48,258 nucleotides of DNA, taken from IMG/VR virus record IMGVR_UViG_3300048576_000589, positions 1 to 48,258 of that record. The stretch is one strand, 5' to 3'. This document shows, piece after piece, positions 18,279 through 27,265 of this stretch. Position 1 is the stretch's first letter, and every line of letters begins with the position of its first letter. The stretch comes from a virus (lineage: Duplodnaviria; Caudoviricetes). The notes beneath the pieces were generated by a model. It was given only the letters and a program-made list of their open reading frames with translations, searched no databases and was not told the DNA's origin. A program made the translations under genes and the position numbers.

Positions 18279-18556
18279 AGATAATCAAGAAAAGGAGCCT
18301 GCCAGAATCGATTAACTACAACGGAAAGGTCTACGTTCAAAGTCCAGAAATGACGGAGAAGATAGATGATAACTTTAACCTATTTACGATGCTAAAGCAT
18401 GTGGTAGTGGTTGAGGTATGGCCGAAGGATAGTTGGAAAAACGCCAAGCCAAAAAGGTACGTGTTTATACCCAAAGGTTACGGAGAGATCACAACATCTT
18501 GTATTAGAAGCAGCGGTCAACGATCAGAAAAACAGGAAGTTGTTGCGAATATTTAA
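18275..18556 (+). CDS. Hypothetical protein
   Basis: 93 aa ORF, ATGA overlap with previous gene. Confidence 0.55.
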   Translation: MKIIKKRSLPESINYNGKVYVQSPEMTEKIDDNFNLFTMLKHVVVVEVWPKDSWKNAKPKRYVFIPKGYGEITTSCIRSSGQRSEKQEVVANI

Positions 18557-18576
18557 GGTTAAAATGCGGTTTAAAG

Positions 18577-18608
18577 TGTTTGTAAATCAAACATTATTAC
18601 TATATTTA
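18577..18608 (+). promoter_or_regulatory. Promoter with palindrome upstream of the -7 box
   Basis: TGTTTGTAAATCAAACA (18577-18593) then TATATTTA (18601-18608). Confidence 0.75.
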
Positions 18609-18626
18609 CAATTAAAACAAGAGCAA

Positions 18627-19028
18627 ATGAAAATCTACACGTCTTACTTCGCTAATGTGAAGAACCTCGCAAAAGAGGGGATAGTTCCAATAGGGATTGC
18701 GCTGTATAGGCCAAGGTTCTACTCAGGTTTGAACTGCACGGTAGTTTCCCCTACGAAGGATATGCTGCACGGGATGTCCGACGAAGAGTACACCAAGAGG
18801 TACTACGCGATACTGGAGAAAGCAGACTTGCGATCTTTTCTTGAGTACATCAAAACAATGGGAGGAGGAAAGGATGTTGCGCTTTGCTGCTACGAAAAGC
18901 CAGGAGATTTTTGCCACCGCCATCTTCTTGCTGAGTACATCACAAGAAAAACGGGTATAGAGGTGACAGAGTTCGAAAAGAAGAAGGAGGAAAAGCCTGC
19001 CGAATCGCAGGGCTCACTTTTTAAATAA
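18627..19028 (+). CDS. DUF488-family protein
   Basis: MKIYTSYF...LCCYEKPGDFCHRHLLA; start reassigned to 18627. Confidence 0.8.
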   Translation: MKIYTSYFANVKNLAKEGIVPIGIALYRPRFYSGLNCTVVSPTKDMLHGMSDEEYTKRYYAILEKADLRSFLEYIKTMGGGKDVALCCYEKPGDFCHRHLLAEYITRKTGIEVTEFEKKKEEKPAESQGSLFK

Positions 19029-19033
19029 CCAGA

Positions 19034-20335
19034 ATGTTTGTAGGAACTACACCACAGGAGATAAGATTACTACTTCAGGATATACTGAAAGGGCGTAAGG
19101 GAGAGGAGGTATTCGTAGGTTGCAGCGGAAACTTCTCAACCGATAAGATTCTTTCTGGGATGGGGTTTAAGGTTCACGCCAATGACGTGAGCCTTTACTC
19201 CAAGCTTATCGCTGACGTTGTGCTAGGAACGGATACGGAGGTAAAGGTAAACAATAAAGACATAGCCTCCGTATTCGCACAATGGAGCGAAACGAAGTAC
19301 AAAAAGCTGGTGCAGGTGATGTTCGCCATTAGGCTTTCGGAGCTTGCGCCAAGGAAAAACGACTACCAAAGGCAGTTCTACGATAGCTACATAACCAACT
19401 CTGGAGAGTACTACGAGCGAACGCTCGAAAAGTTTGAGAAGAATCAACAGTTTGGCTTTCAGATAGAAAGCTTCTTTTTTGGCGATTTCGTCGAGCACCT
19501 AAAAAACAAAGCTGGCAGGGGTGTAGGTGTAGCATTTCCTCCCACGTACAAGGGAGGCTACGAGAAGATGTTCAAGTACATAGAGGATAGCTTTGCGTAT
19601 GACAGGGCCACCTACGGGGTGTTTGACCCCAAGCAATCGGAAGTGGTGTTTAGGGAGCTGCTGCAGCAGGACGAGAACATCATCTACTCGGATAAGGAGC
19701 ACATGGGGCTAAAGGAGTACGAGGTGGCCAAGGCTGTTCTGGGATCGGGAAGAAACTCGGTCTACATATACTCCTCGGTTAAGAACTCCGACTGCTACTA
19801 CATAGAGCGCACCAGCAAGCCCTACACAACGAAGCTTGAGGTTATACCATACGACTACCGGATTACGGAGCAGACGAAGCTAGAGGTCGCTCAGTGTACG
19901 GTTAGGGATGTGAACTACTTCAAGGCGTTCTACATGGCTAACAAGGTCAACTATACCGAGGGAGGTGACTATGCGCTGGCATTCTTGGCCGACGGTAAGG
20001 CGTTCGGCTTTGCCTCGTTCAGCAAGCGGCTATCGAGCGAGGAGCTGATGTTTGTACAGAGCGACTTCGTAGTTAACTCGTGCATGGACAAGCTGAGTAA
20101 GCTGCTCATTATGCTCATGAAGTCGAAGGAGTGTAGGCATACTATGGTGCGCTTCTTCAAGCACTACTACAAGGGGCTAAAGACTACGGTTTACACGGAC
20201 AAGCCCGTATCGATGAAGTACAGGGGGGTGTTTAACCTAGCACGAAGGGATAAGGGCAAGCTCATCTACGAGGCTGGGTTTGGCAATGAAACGTTGGAAG
20301 AAATATTTAAGCAATGGAAGAAAAAATACCTGTAG
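19034..20335 (+). CDS. Divergent Dam-like (adenine MTase-fold) domain fused to a GNAT-like domain; putative DNA modification / anti-restriction enzyme
   Basis: VFVGCSGNF (motif I-like), VHANDVSLYS, FPPTY (degenerate DPPY); C-terminal alpha/beta region LAFLADGKAFGFASF...KLSKLLIML...TTVYTDKPVSMKYRG. Confidence 0.65.
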   Translation: MFVGTTPQEIRLLLQDILKGRKGEEVFVGCSGNFSTDKILSGMGFKVHANDVSLYSKLIADVVLGTDTEVKVNNKDIASVFAQWSETKYKKLVQVMFAIRLSELAPRKNDYQRQFYDSYITNSGEYYERTLEKFEKNQQFGFQIESFFFGDFVEHLKNKAGRGVGVAFPPTYKGGYEKMFKYIEDSFAYDRATYGVFDPKQSEVVFRELLQQDENIIYSDKEHMGLKEYEVAKAVLGSGRNSVYIYSSVKNSDCYYIERTSKPYTTKLEVIPYDYRITEQTKLEVAQCTVRDVNYFKAFYMANKVNYTEGGDYALAFLADGKAFGFASFSKRLSSEELMFVQSDFVVNSCMDKLSKLLIMLMKSKECRHTMVRFFKHYYKGLKTTVYTDKPVSMKYRGVFNLARRDKGKLIYEAGFGNETLEEIFKQWKKKYL

Positions 20336-21081
20336 AGGTAGAGTCGATTAGGGGAAAGCTGGCAGATTTGAACGGACTAATAAAGCCCTACCAGCTGGCA
20401 TACGTTAACCCTGTAAGGGATTGCGTGTTTCTTGAGAGGAATGCGCACTTCATGGAGAAGGCCATGCTGGATAAGCTGGTTGCTAACGTCGCAGAGGATG
20501 GCTTCCTTTCGCAGCTTCCTTTCGGTATGAAGCAGGATGATGGTAGGTTTCTCATACTGTCAGGGAACCATCGGCTAAAGGCATCCATAAAGGCGAAGCT
20601 GGAGTATATTCTAATCCTATACGTGGACCAGCTGCCAAAGGACAGGCAGATAGCCTACCAACTGTCGCATAATGCGCTGGTGGGTAGGGACGACGTAAAG
20701 ATGCTAAAGGACATATACAGCGAAATAGAGTCGCTGGAAGGAAAGCAGTTCTCAGGGCTAAACGGCATTGAGTTTATCGATGTAGACGGGATAAAGGTAA
20801 ACCAGATCAACGATGCAGATATCGAGCTAACGGAGATCAAGTTTCTATTCGTAGAAAGCCGAAAGAATGAGGTGAAAAGCGTTCTTGAAGTCCTAGAAAA
20901 GCAGAAGATGGATGAGAATACGAGTATCGTTATCGGAAGCTTCGAGGAGTTCATCCGCGTAATGACGGAGGTAAAGGCAAGGTATCACATCAAGAGCAAT
21001 ACGGTGGCGTTTAGCCGAATGGTTGATATATGCGAAAAGCACCTAGAAGAGGTGGAGAACAGCGAATGTAAGGAGGAGTAG
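20314..21081 (+). CDS. ParB/Srx-like N-terminal domain protein
   Basis: NAHFM...LVANVAEDG...ILSGNHRLKA...QLSHNALVG. Confidence 0.85.
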   Translation: MEEKIPVEVESIRGKLADLNGLIKPYQLAYVNPVRDCVFLERNAHFMEKAMLDKLVANVAEDGFLSQLPFGMKQDDGRFLILSGNHRLKASIKAKLEYILILYVDQLPKDRQIAYQLSHNALVGRDDVKMLKDIYSEIESLEGKQFSGLNGIEFIDVDGIKVNQINDADIELTEIKFLFVESRKNEVKSVLEVLEKQKMDENTSIVIGSFEEFIRVMTEVKARYHIKSNTVAFSRMVDICEKHLEEVENSECKEE

Positions 21082-21085
21082 TACT

Positions 21086-21574
21086 ATGGCAAGGGGAAGG
21101 AAGAAGGAGGATATATCCGTCATTTACGACAGGTACGTAAAGGGCAAGGAGCCTGCTGTAAAGGCTGCATGTAGAAACGGCGCAACCAACATCGACCTTG
21201 CCAAACTGCTAGGGTGCGGTAGAACAACCCTACAAACGATAATACGCGAGCACGAGGGATTCCGTGATATGATAAAGGAGGTAAGGCACGTAGCCGATCT
21301 CTTCGTGGAGAACGCCCTGTTTAAGAGAGCCTGCGGGTTCGAGTTCGAAGAGGTAAGCACGGAGGTTCTGGTAAACAAGGATGGATCGGGCACCACGACG
21401 TTTGTCAAAAAGACGAAGAAGCAGGTTGCCCCAGAAACAGCAGCAGCAATGGCATGGCTGAAGAATCGTAGGCCCGACCTATGGAGGGATAGGCAGGACG
21501 TTAACCTTACCAACGATAGCGCATTTGTTGATGCGCTTAAGGCGTTAAATGACACCTACAAGAACGATGGATAA
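21086..21574 (+). CDS. terS: Terminase small subunit
   Basis: N-terminal HTH, VENALFKRACG, PETAAAMAWLKNRRPDLWRD; upstream of TerL. Confidence 0.8.
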   Translation: MARGRKKEDISVIYDRYVKGKEPAVKAACRNGATNIDLAKLLGCGRTTLQTIIREHEGFRDMIKEVRHVADLFVENALFKRACGFEFEEVSTEVLVNKDGSGTTTFVKKTKKQVAPETAAAMAWLKNRRPDLWRDRQDVNLTNDSAFVDALKALNDTYKNDG

Positions 21575-23111
21575 GAAGGAGGTGCAAAGGCTTATCAACG
21601 AGGTTGTGGCGGTATGGGCTGGGGATTGGAATAAGTTCGTGCGAGATGCTTTAGGCGCAAGGCTGGATAAGGAGCAGCAGGATATCATCTACTCGGTACA
21701 GCATAACCCCATGACAGCCGTAGCAAGCGGAACCGCAAGGGGAAAGGATTTCGTAGCGGCATGCGCCTCTTTGTGCTTTATGTACCTTACCCCAAGATTT
21801 GACAGCAACGGTGTGCTAACCGAGAACACCAAGGTAGCCATGACAGCCCCAACAGGCCGTCAGGTTTCCAACATCATGACCCCAGAGGTTAGAAGGCTTC
21901 TGCGTTCTGCAAGAGGCAAGTTTCCGTTTATATGCCCAGGTAGGCTAGTAGCCGACGATATCAGAACCGACTTCGAGGAGTGGTTTCTTACCGGATTTAA
22001 GGCGGACGATCATGCAACAGAGGCTTGGTCGGGCTTTCACGCGGCAAACACCATGTTCGTAATAACGGAGGCATCGGGGATATCAGAAACGGTATTCAAC
22101 GCCATCGAGGGTAACCTTCAGGGCAACTCTCGAATGCTCATCGTATTTAACCCCAACATCACAACAGGCTACGCGGCTCGGGCTATGAAATCAGACCGCT
22201 TCAAGAAGTTTCGACTCAACTCCCTTAACGCGGAGAATGTGGTCGAAAAGAAGGTAATACTTCCCGGTCAGGTTGACTACGATTGGGTGAAGGATAAGGT
22301 TCAAACGTGGTGCTCTCCTGTTGGCGAGGAAAGCTTCAACGAGGGGGAGGGCGATTTCCGATTCGAGAACGGCATCTACCGACCCAACGACCTATTCCGG
22401 GTAAAGGTGCTCGGCATGTTCCCGAAGGTTGCAGAGGATGTGCTGATACCCTACGAGTGGGTTGAGCTGGCAAACAGGAGATGGAAGGAGCTAAACGAGG
22501 AGGGTTATGCTCCAGTAGGTCCTAAGCGTATAGGCGTTGACGTTGCCGGTATGGGAAGGGATGAAAGCGTACTATGCCACAGAAGGGGTAGCTACGTGGA
22601 GAAGTTCGAGGCTCACCAATCGGGAGGCAAGGCAGACCATATGCACGTTGCGGGAATGGTGGCCAACGAACTGAAGGCGGACGGCAAAACATCTGCATAC
22701 ATCGACACCATCGGCGAGGGCGCAGGCGTATTCTCAAGGCTTGAGGAGATGGAGCTCTTTATGGCAGTTTCCTGTAAGTACTCAGAGGGGGCAAGCGGGT
22801 TGAGCGATGAAACAGGGCAGTACTCCTTCGCCAATATGAGGGCTTACCTTTACTGGTGCGTAAGGGACTGGCTCGACCCTAAGAACGAAACGGGAGCCGC
22901 GCTACCTCCATGCGATAAGCTCATGGAGGAGGCAACAGAGATACACTGGAAGTTTCAGAGCAACGGCTCAATTATTATCGAGCCAAAGGAGGATATCAAG
23001 AAGCGCATAAGTAGGTCAACCGACTACATGGATACGCTGGCTAACACCTTCTACCCTAGCGACCCATCTAGGCGCATGTCAGATGCGGAAATACTAAAAA
23101 TATTCCGTTAA
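21567..23111 (+). CDS. terL: Terminase large subunit
   Basis: VASGTARGKD Walker A variant, ITEASG Walker B, IGVDVAGMGRDES nuclease motif, STDYMD. Confidence 0.9.
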   Translation: MDKKEVQRLINEVVAVWAGDWNKFVRDALGARLDKEQQDIIYSVQHNPMTAVASGTARGKDFVAACASLCFMYLTPRFDSNGVLTENTKVAMTAPTGRQVSNIMTPEVRRLLRSARGKFPFICPGRLVADDIRTDFEEWFLTGFKADDHATEAWSGFHAANTMFVITEASGISETVFNAIEGNLQGNSRMLIVFNPNITTGYAARAMKSDRFKKFRLNSLNAENVVEKKVILPGQVDYDWVKDKVQTWCSPVGEESFNEGEGDFRFENGIYRPNDLFRVKVLGMFPKVAEDVLIPYEWVELANRRWKELNEEGYAPVGPKRIGVDVAGMGRDESVLCHRRGSYVEKFEAHQSGGKADHMHVAGMVANELKADGKTSAYIDTIGEGAGVFSRLEEMELFMAVSCKYSEGASGLSDETGQYSFANMRAYLYWCVRDWLDPKNETGAALPPCDKLMEEATEIHWKFQSNGSIIIEPKEDIKKRISRSTDYMDTLANTFYPSDPSRRMSDAEILKIFR

Positions 23112-23115
23112 AATG

Positions 23116-23144
23116 TGTTTGAGAAACAAACATTTGTATATTTA
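23116..23144 (+). promoter_or_regulatory. Palindrome upstream of TATATTTA, before portal gene
   Basis: TGTTTGAGAAACAAACA (23116-23132), TATATTTA (23137-23144). Confidence 0.7.
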
Positions 23145-23162
23145 CGTAAAAATAAGCAGGCC

Positions 23163-24578
23163 ATGGAAGTATTGGATATCAACCTTGAAACGGATAGCCC
23201 CGCTCAGATTATTGAGAAGCTGAGAAGGACCAGCTTTGAAATCCCCCAATGGGCAGACCTCGAAAAGGATTTCGACCCCAAGCAGCATAAGATTATGACC
23301 GATTCATCGCGCAACGACAAGGTGAACGAGGATGGTACGGTGGATAGGATGGCGCGGATACCCGTTGCGCTGGAGAAGCTGCTGGTTAAGCGCATGGTGG
23401 AGTTCCTTTTCGCGATACCCGTAAAAAGGACTTACTCCAACTACGACGAGAACGATGCAACCAGCCAAGAGATCATCAAGGCCATCGAGAGCGTTTTCAC
23501 AAGGGTAAGGATAGATGCGGAGAACATCAAGAGGGGGCGTTCGCTCTACTCTTCCTGTGAGATGGTGACGATCTGGTATGCCGTTGACAAGAAGCATTCC
23601 AGGTACGGGTTTAAGGCGGAAAAGCAGCTGAAGTGCAAGAGCTACTCCCAGAAGGACGGCTATAGGATTTACCCTTTGGTGGACATCTACGACGACATGA
23701 AGGCCATCAGCTTCGAGTACAAGAAGAAGGAGGCCGACAAGGACGTTACCATCTTCGAATCCTACCTTGAGATAAATGGTGGGTTTAAGCACCTCGTATG
23801 GATGGATAAGGGTAAAGGCTTCGAGGAGGATAAGAACGAGGACTTGGCAATCGCAAAGATACCCTGCATCTACGGCTGTATTGGTGCTCCGATTTGGGAT
23901 GACCTCACCAACATCCGGGACGATATCGAGTACACCCTTTCGCGCAACAGCGATACCATAGCCTACAACTCGGCACCCGTGCTTAAGGTTGAAGGTGAGA
24001 TGGAAGGAGGAGCCGAGAAGCGGGGAAAAAGCCAGCGTATCGTTCGGGTTAAGGAGGGAGGCGATGTGGCCTACGTTTCTTGGCAGCAGTCAATCGAGGC
24101 GATTAAGCATCAGATCGAGATACTTATCGACATCTACTTCATGCAGGCGCAGCTTCCAGACCTCTCCTTCAAGAACATGAAGAGCCTGGGGTCAATCGGC
24201 TTCGATGCCCGTCAAACGCTGCTCACCGATGCTCACCTGAAGGTGGGCGACGAGAAGAGCCTGTTCATCGAGTTCCTCGACCGTGAGGTGAACGTGGTAA
24301 AGGAGTTCCTGAAGTCGCTAAACGAGGGATGGGCGGATAAGATCGACGACATAGAGGTGGAGAACGTTATCACGCCGTTCATCCAGAACGACATCAAGTC
24401 GATGGTGGATATGCTGCTTAAGGCAACGGGAGGCGAGGCCATCATGCCCGTTCTTGAGGCCATCAAGCAGCTGGGATGGACTACCGATGCGCAGAAGTGG
24501 CTCGACCAGCTCACCGAGGAGCAGAAGAAGCGAAGCGAGATCGCTAGGGTTAAGGATGTATTCCAAGGAGCAGAGTAG
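23163..24578 (+). CDS. Portal protein, SPP1-type
   Basis: Size, position after TerL, IEYTLSRNSDTIAYNSAP and GGDVAYVSW motifs; start reassigned to 23163. Confidence 0.88.
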   Translation: MEVLDINLETDSPAQIIEKLRRTSFEIPQWADLEKDFDPKQHKIMTDSSRNDKVNEDGTVDRMARIPVALEKLLVKRMVEFLFAIPVKRTYSNYDENDATSQEIIKAIESVFTRVRIDAENIKRGRSLYSSCEMVTIWYAVDKKHSRYGFKAEKQLKCKSYSQKDGYRIYPLVDIYDDMKAISFEYKKKEADKDVTIFESYLEINGGFKHLVWMDKGKGFEEDKNEDLAIAKIPCIYGCIGAPIWDDLTNIRDDIEYTLSRNSDTIAYNSAPVLKVEGEMEGGAEKRGKSQRIVRVKEGGDVAYVSWQQSIEAIKHQIEILIDIYFMQAQLPDLSFKNMKSLGSIGFDARQTLLTDAHLKVGDEKSLFIEFLDREVNVVKEFLKSLNEGWADKIDDIEVENVITPFIQNDIKSMVDMLLKATGGEAIMPVLEAIKQLGWTTDAQKWLDQLTEEQKKRSEIARVKDVFQGAE

Positions 24579-24579
24579 C

Positions 24580-24783
24580 ATGGAGAGCATACAGATACCG
24601 GCACCGAAATTTGCAATCGGGGATGAGGTTTTCCACATCACGCCGGAAAGCCCTAAAGGCTTTGTTTTGGATGCCCGTTACTGCCTGTTGGCAAGGCAAT
24701 GGGAATACTTGGTAACATACGGCTATAAGGACGAGTGCATCTGCAAGCAGATGGAGTTGAGTACAAGTAAAACGTTCGTATAA
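24580..24783 (+). CDS. Hypothetical protein
   Basis: MESIQIPAPKFAIGDEV; ATG immediately after portal stop. Confidence 0.65.
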   Translation: MESIQIPAPKFAIGDEVFHITPESPKGFVLDARYCLLARQWEYLVTYGYKDECICKQMELSTSKTFV

Positions 24784-24800
24784 TTTAAACAATCAATATT

Positions 24801-24992
24801 ATGGGACTATTTGGCGCATTAGGAAGTTTCGCAGGCGCGGTTGTTAAGACTGCGACATTTCCTTTAGATGTAGTTAAGGACACCGTTACCATGGGAGGTA
24901 CGCTTAACGATGAAAATGAGCCTTCAACTCTTCGAAAGCTTAAGAGCATCAGTAGAAGTATCGACAAAATAGGTGATGATTTAGACGAATAG
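24801..24992 (+). CDS. Small hypothetical protein
   Basis: 63 aa with amphipathic N-terminus. Confidence 0.65.
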   Translation: MGLFGALGSFAGAVVKTATFPLDVVKDTVTMGGTLNDENEPSTLRKLKSISRSIDKIGDDLDE

Positions 24993-25008
24993 TTTGTAAG
25001 GGAGTGGA

Positions 25009-25134
25009 ATGAACTGGTACAGGTACTACATACACTACTACGGGAAGAATGCGGCTTCGTTCAACTGCCACAAGCGGGCGAGGCTACGGATGAAGCATGA
25101 CCTACTAATCGAGCTACACGATGCGCAAGCGTAA
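25009..25134 (+). CDS. Possible 41-aa ORF (MNWYRYYIHYYGK...)
   Basis: Fills the gap between 24992 and 25121; below the ORF-track cutoff. Confidence 0.35.
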   Translation: MNWYRYYIHYYGKNAASFNCHKRARLRMKHDLLIELHDAQA

Positions 25135-26185
25135 GCTACCGAAACAAAAGGAGGCGTACAGCAGCCACTTCAGCAGGCTTGACCGCTATGAAGCGGCCAT
25201 CCGTGAGCTCATTGCCAGCTACGGGAAGGAGCTGGCGAAGCTGACGGTTCTTACGGGTGCCGATGGCTCAGTGGAGTTCTGCTTTAAGGACTACCCCCAC
25301 CTCAAGAATGCGCTCAACAGCCTACGGCTACAGCTGGGGGCGAACATCAGCGCGGTTGTCCAGAGCGCAACGGATGAGGAGTGGTCCAAGGCGAACATCG
25401 AGGGGGATAGGCTGGTGAAATCTGCCCTTGGAGGGTATGGCGCTGAGGGTGACTTCGCGCAGCAGTACTCCCGCTACTTCAACCACAACGAGAAGGCGCT
25501 GGATGCCTTCAAGAAGCGAGCCAAGGGAGGCTTAAAGCTGTCCGACCGGGTTTGGAAGCTAACGGGAGGGCTGCAATCAGAAATGGAGGCCGCCATTGCC
25601 GCTTCCATGGAAAAGGGAATAAGCGCGGTTCAGCTGAGCAAGAAGCTATCCAAATACCTCACCGACTTTGACAGGCTAAAGGCGGACTACACCGAGAGAC
25701 ACGGGAAGTCGGCAAAGATCGAGGATTGCGAGTACCGCTCGGCTCGGCTGGCACGAACGGAGATCAATATGGCCTACCGCTCGGCGGAGCAGGAGCGATG
25801 GAGGCAGCTCGACTTCGTGGTAGGGTACGAGGTGAAGCGATCGGGTAGGGAATACCCATGCGAGGTGTGCTCCTCGTTTGCCGGGAAGTACCCCAAGGAC
25901 TTTGTTTTTGTAGGTTGGCATCCGAGCTGCCGCTGCTACGTCGTACCGATCCTTAAGACCGAGGAGGAGTTCTGGGCTTGGGATGGAAGGGGTGAAGCCC
26001 CAACCGACAGCGCAAGGAGGGTGGACGATACGCCAAGGGGGTTCAAGGAGTGGATCGTGGATAACCAGCCAAGAATTCGCAGGGCGGAGGATGGTGGTAC
26101 GCTCCCTTACTTTTTGAAGGACAACAGGAGCAGCTGGGCGCATCTGGTGGAGAAGAAACAAGCAAAAGGCAACAAGTTAAAATAA
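25121..26185 (+). CDS. Minor head / head morphogenesis protein (Mu gpF / SPP1 gp7-like)
   Basis: RLARTEINMAYR, CEVC, GWHPSCRC. Confidence 0.88.
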   Translation: MRKRKLPKQKEAYSSHFSRLDRYEAAIRELIASYGKELAKLTVLTGADGSVEFCFKDYPHLKNALNSLRLQLGANISAVVQSATDEEWSKANIEGDRLVKSALGGYGAEGDFAQQYSRYFNHNEKALDAFKKRAKGGLKLSDRVWKLTGGLQSEMEAAIAASMEKGISAVQLSKKLSKYLTDFDRLKADYTERHGKSAKIEDCEYRSARLARTEINMAYRSAEQERWRQLDFVVGYEVKRSGREYPCEVCSSFAGKYPKDFVFVGWHPSCRCYVVPILKTEEEFWAWDGRGEAPTDSARRVDDTPRGFKEWIVDNQPRIRRAEDGGTLPYFLKDNRSSWAHLVEKKQAKGNKLK

Positions 26186-26195
26186 TGCTAAATCA

Positions 26196-26276
26196 AAGAA
26201 AATAAACGTATTGCAAAGTACCATCTAATAATATAATAAGTATATTTACATAAAGAAAGTGTTTGAAAAACAAACA
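26196..26276 (+). promoter_or_regulatory. Promoter cassette: TATATTTA (26241-26248) with downstream palindrome (26260-26276)
   Basis: AAGAAAATAAACG...AATATAATAAGTATATTTACA...TGTTTGAAAAACAAACA. Confidence 0.75.
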
Positions 26277-26291
26277 CATAAAACCAAGAGC

Positions 26292-26897
26292 ATGAAAACA
26301 AGATTTTTTCCAACATTTCTAACCGAAAGGATTGAAAACCCAGAGTACGGCATTGAGTGCCGCTACTCCGTATCTGACAGAACGGCGATTTTTTACGCTG
26401 GAAAGTCTGGCTCCCCTATCTTTTATACCAAGTTCCAGACCTTAGAGCGGATGAACCAGTATATCAAAGAAATGATAGAGAACATCATCCGCAACGAGAT
26501 GGCCAAGGCAGAAAGGAAAAGACTCCAAAGGGAGGCCAACCAGTCTTTGAAGGCGAGCGACTTCTACAGCGTTGGCGACATCGTGGTGAATACGTGGGGA
26601 TGGGAGCAGACCAACGTGGACTTCTATCAGGTAACTGAGGTAAAGGCTAAGACCATCGTGGTTCGCTCCATTGCCCAGACCATCGTTGAGGGCTCGATGA
26701 TGAGCCACGGAATGGCCTGCGACGTTATTCCTGTAAAGGACGGATTCTTTGCCGAGGACGATCACCTGCATGAGGTTTACGCTCTTCGTGTCAAGGCTGG
26801 TCATAAGGGTGAAGGGCATTGCTTGAGCAACCCAGAATCGTACTACTACTTCCACAAGTGGGATGGTAGGGCAGAGTACAAAAGCTGGTACGCTTGA
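26292..26897 (+). CDS. Hypothetical early-type phage protein
   Basis: VGDIVVNTWGWEQTNVDFYQV motif; start reassigned to 26292. Confidence 0.75.
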   Translation: MKTRFFPTFLTERIENPEYGIECRYSVSDRTAIFYAGKSGSPIFYTKFQTLERMNQYIKEMIENIIRNEMAKAERKRLQREANQSLKASDFYSVGDIVVNTWGWEQTNVDFYQVTEVKAKTIVVRSIAQTIVEGSMMSHGMACDVIPVKDGFFAEDDHLHEVYALRVKAGHKGEGHCLSNPESYYYFHKWDGRAEYKSWYA

Positions 26898-26900
26898 AAG

Positions 26901-26917
26901 TGTTTGAAAGTCAAACG
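26901..26917. promoter_or_regulatory. Palindrome copy
   Basis: TGTTTGAAAGTCAAACG. Confidence 0.65.
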
Positions 26918-27045
26918 AAATGACGACAAAGTACATCAGAAGGCGGGTAGCGGCCAGAAGGCTGCACCGCTCACAGGATATAGCCTGCATGGTTTTTACG
27001 GTAGCGTTGTTCTACGTTTCGATGTGGGTGTTCGCATGAAAGCAA

Positions 27046-27121
27046 GCCTTATTAGCTCAGTGGTAGAGCGCAGCCTCTCTAAGTATGCTAGAGGTCGCGA
27101 GTTCGATTCTCGCATAAGGCG
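27046..27121 (+). tRNA. tRNA-like element with aberrant (21-nt) anticodon arm; no assignable anticodon
   Basis: Acceptor GCCTTAT/ATAAGGC, D arm GCTC-AGTGGTA-GAGC, T arm GCGAG-TTCGATT-CTCGC. Confidence 0.8.
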
Positions 27122-27153
27122 CAACGAACGGGAAGAGTTCTTTGACTTGGTGA

Positions 27154-27265
27154 GCTAGCATTGCAGGAGCGCATAGGAGTACGATTAATCCGCTACCGTG
27201 AACGCTGTTTGACACGGGGTAAATAGCGAGGGACAGCCGAAGCAATGTGAAGGCGCTGGGTTAGC
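27154..27265 (+). ncRNA. Candidate structured ncRNA with pseudoknot
   Basis: GCTAGC/GTTAGC, CATTGC/GCAATG, CGCTA/TAGCG, CCGTG/CACGG, loop GCTGTT complementary to GACAGC. Confidence 0.45.

Noticed and set aside
23115-23162. MFEKQT-type N-terminal extensions in the ORF track (also 26259, within 16115 and 18411 calls)
   Set aside because: They are translations of the palindrome/promoter DNA; downstream ATGs are the better starts
27077-27083. CTCTAAG as an amber suppressor (CTA) anticodon loop implying TAG recoding
   Set aside because: No anticodon stem closes that loop, and genes are intact under the standard code with TAG used as a normal stop
26904-27245. ORFs 26904-27158 (+) and 27057-27245 (-)
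   Set aside because: They overlap the palindrome and tRNA-like fold and have no protein-like features
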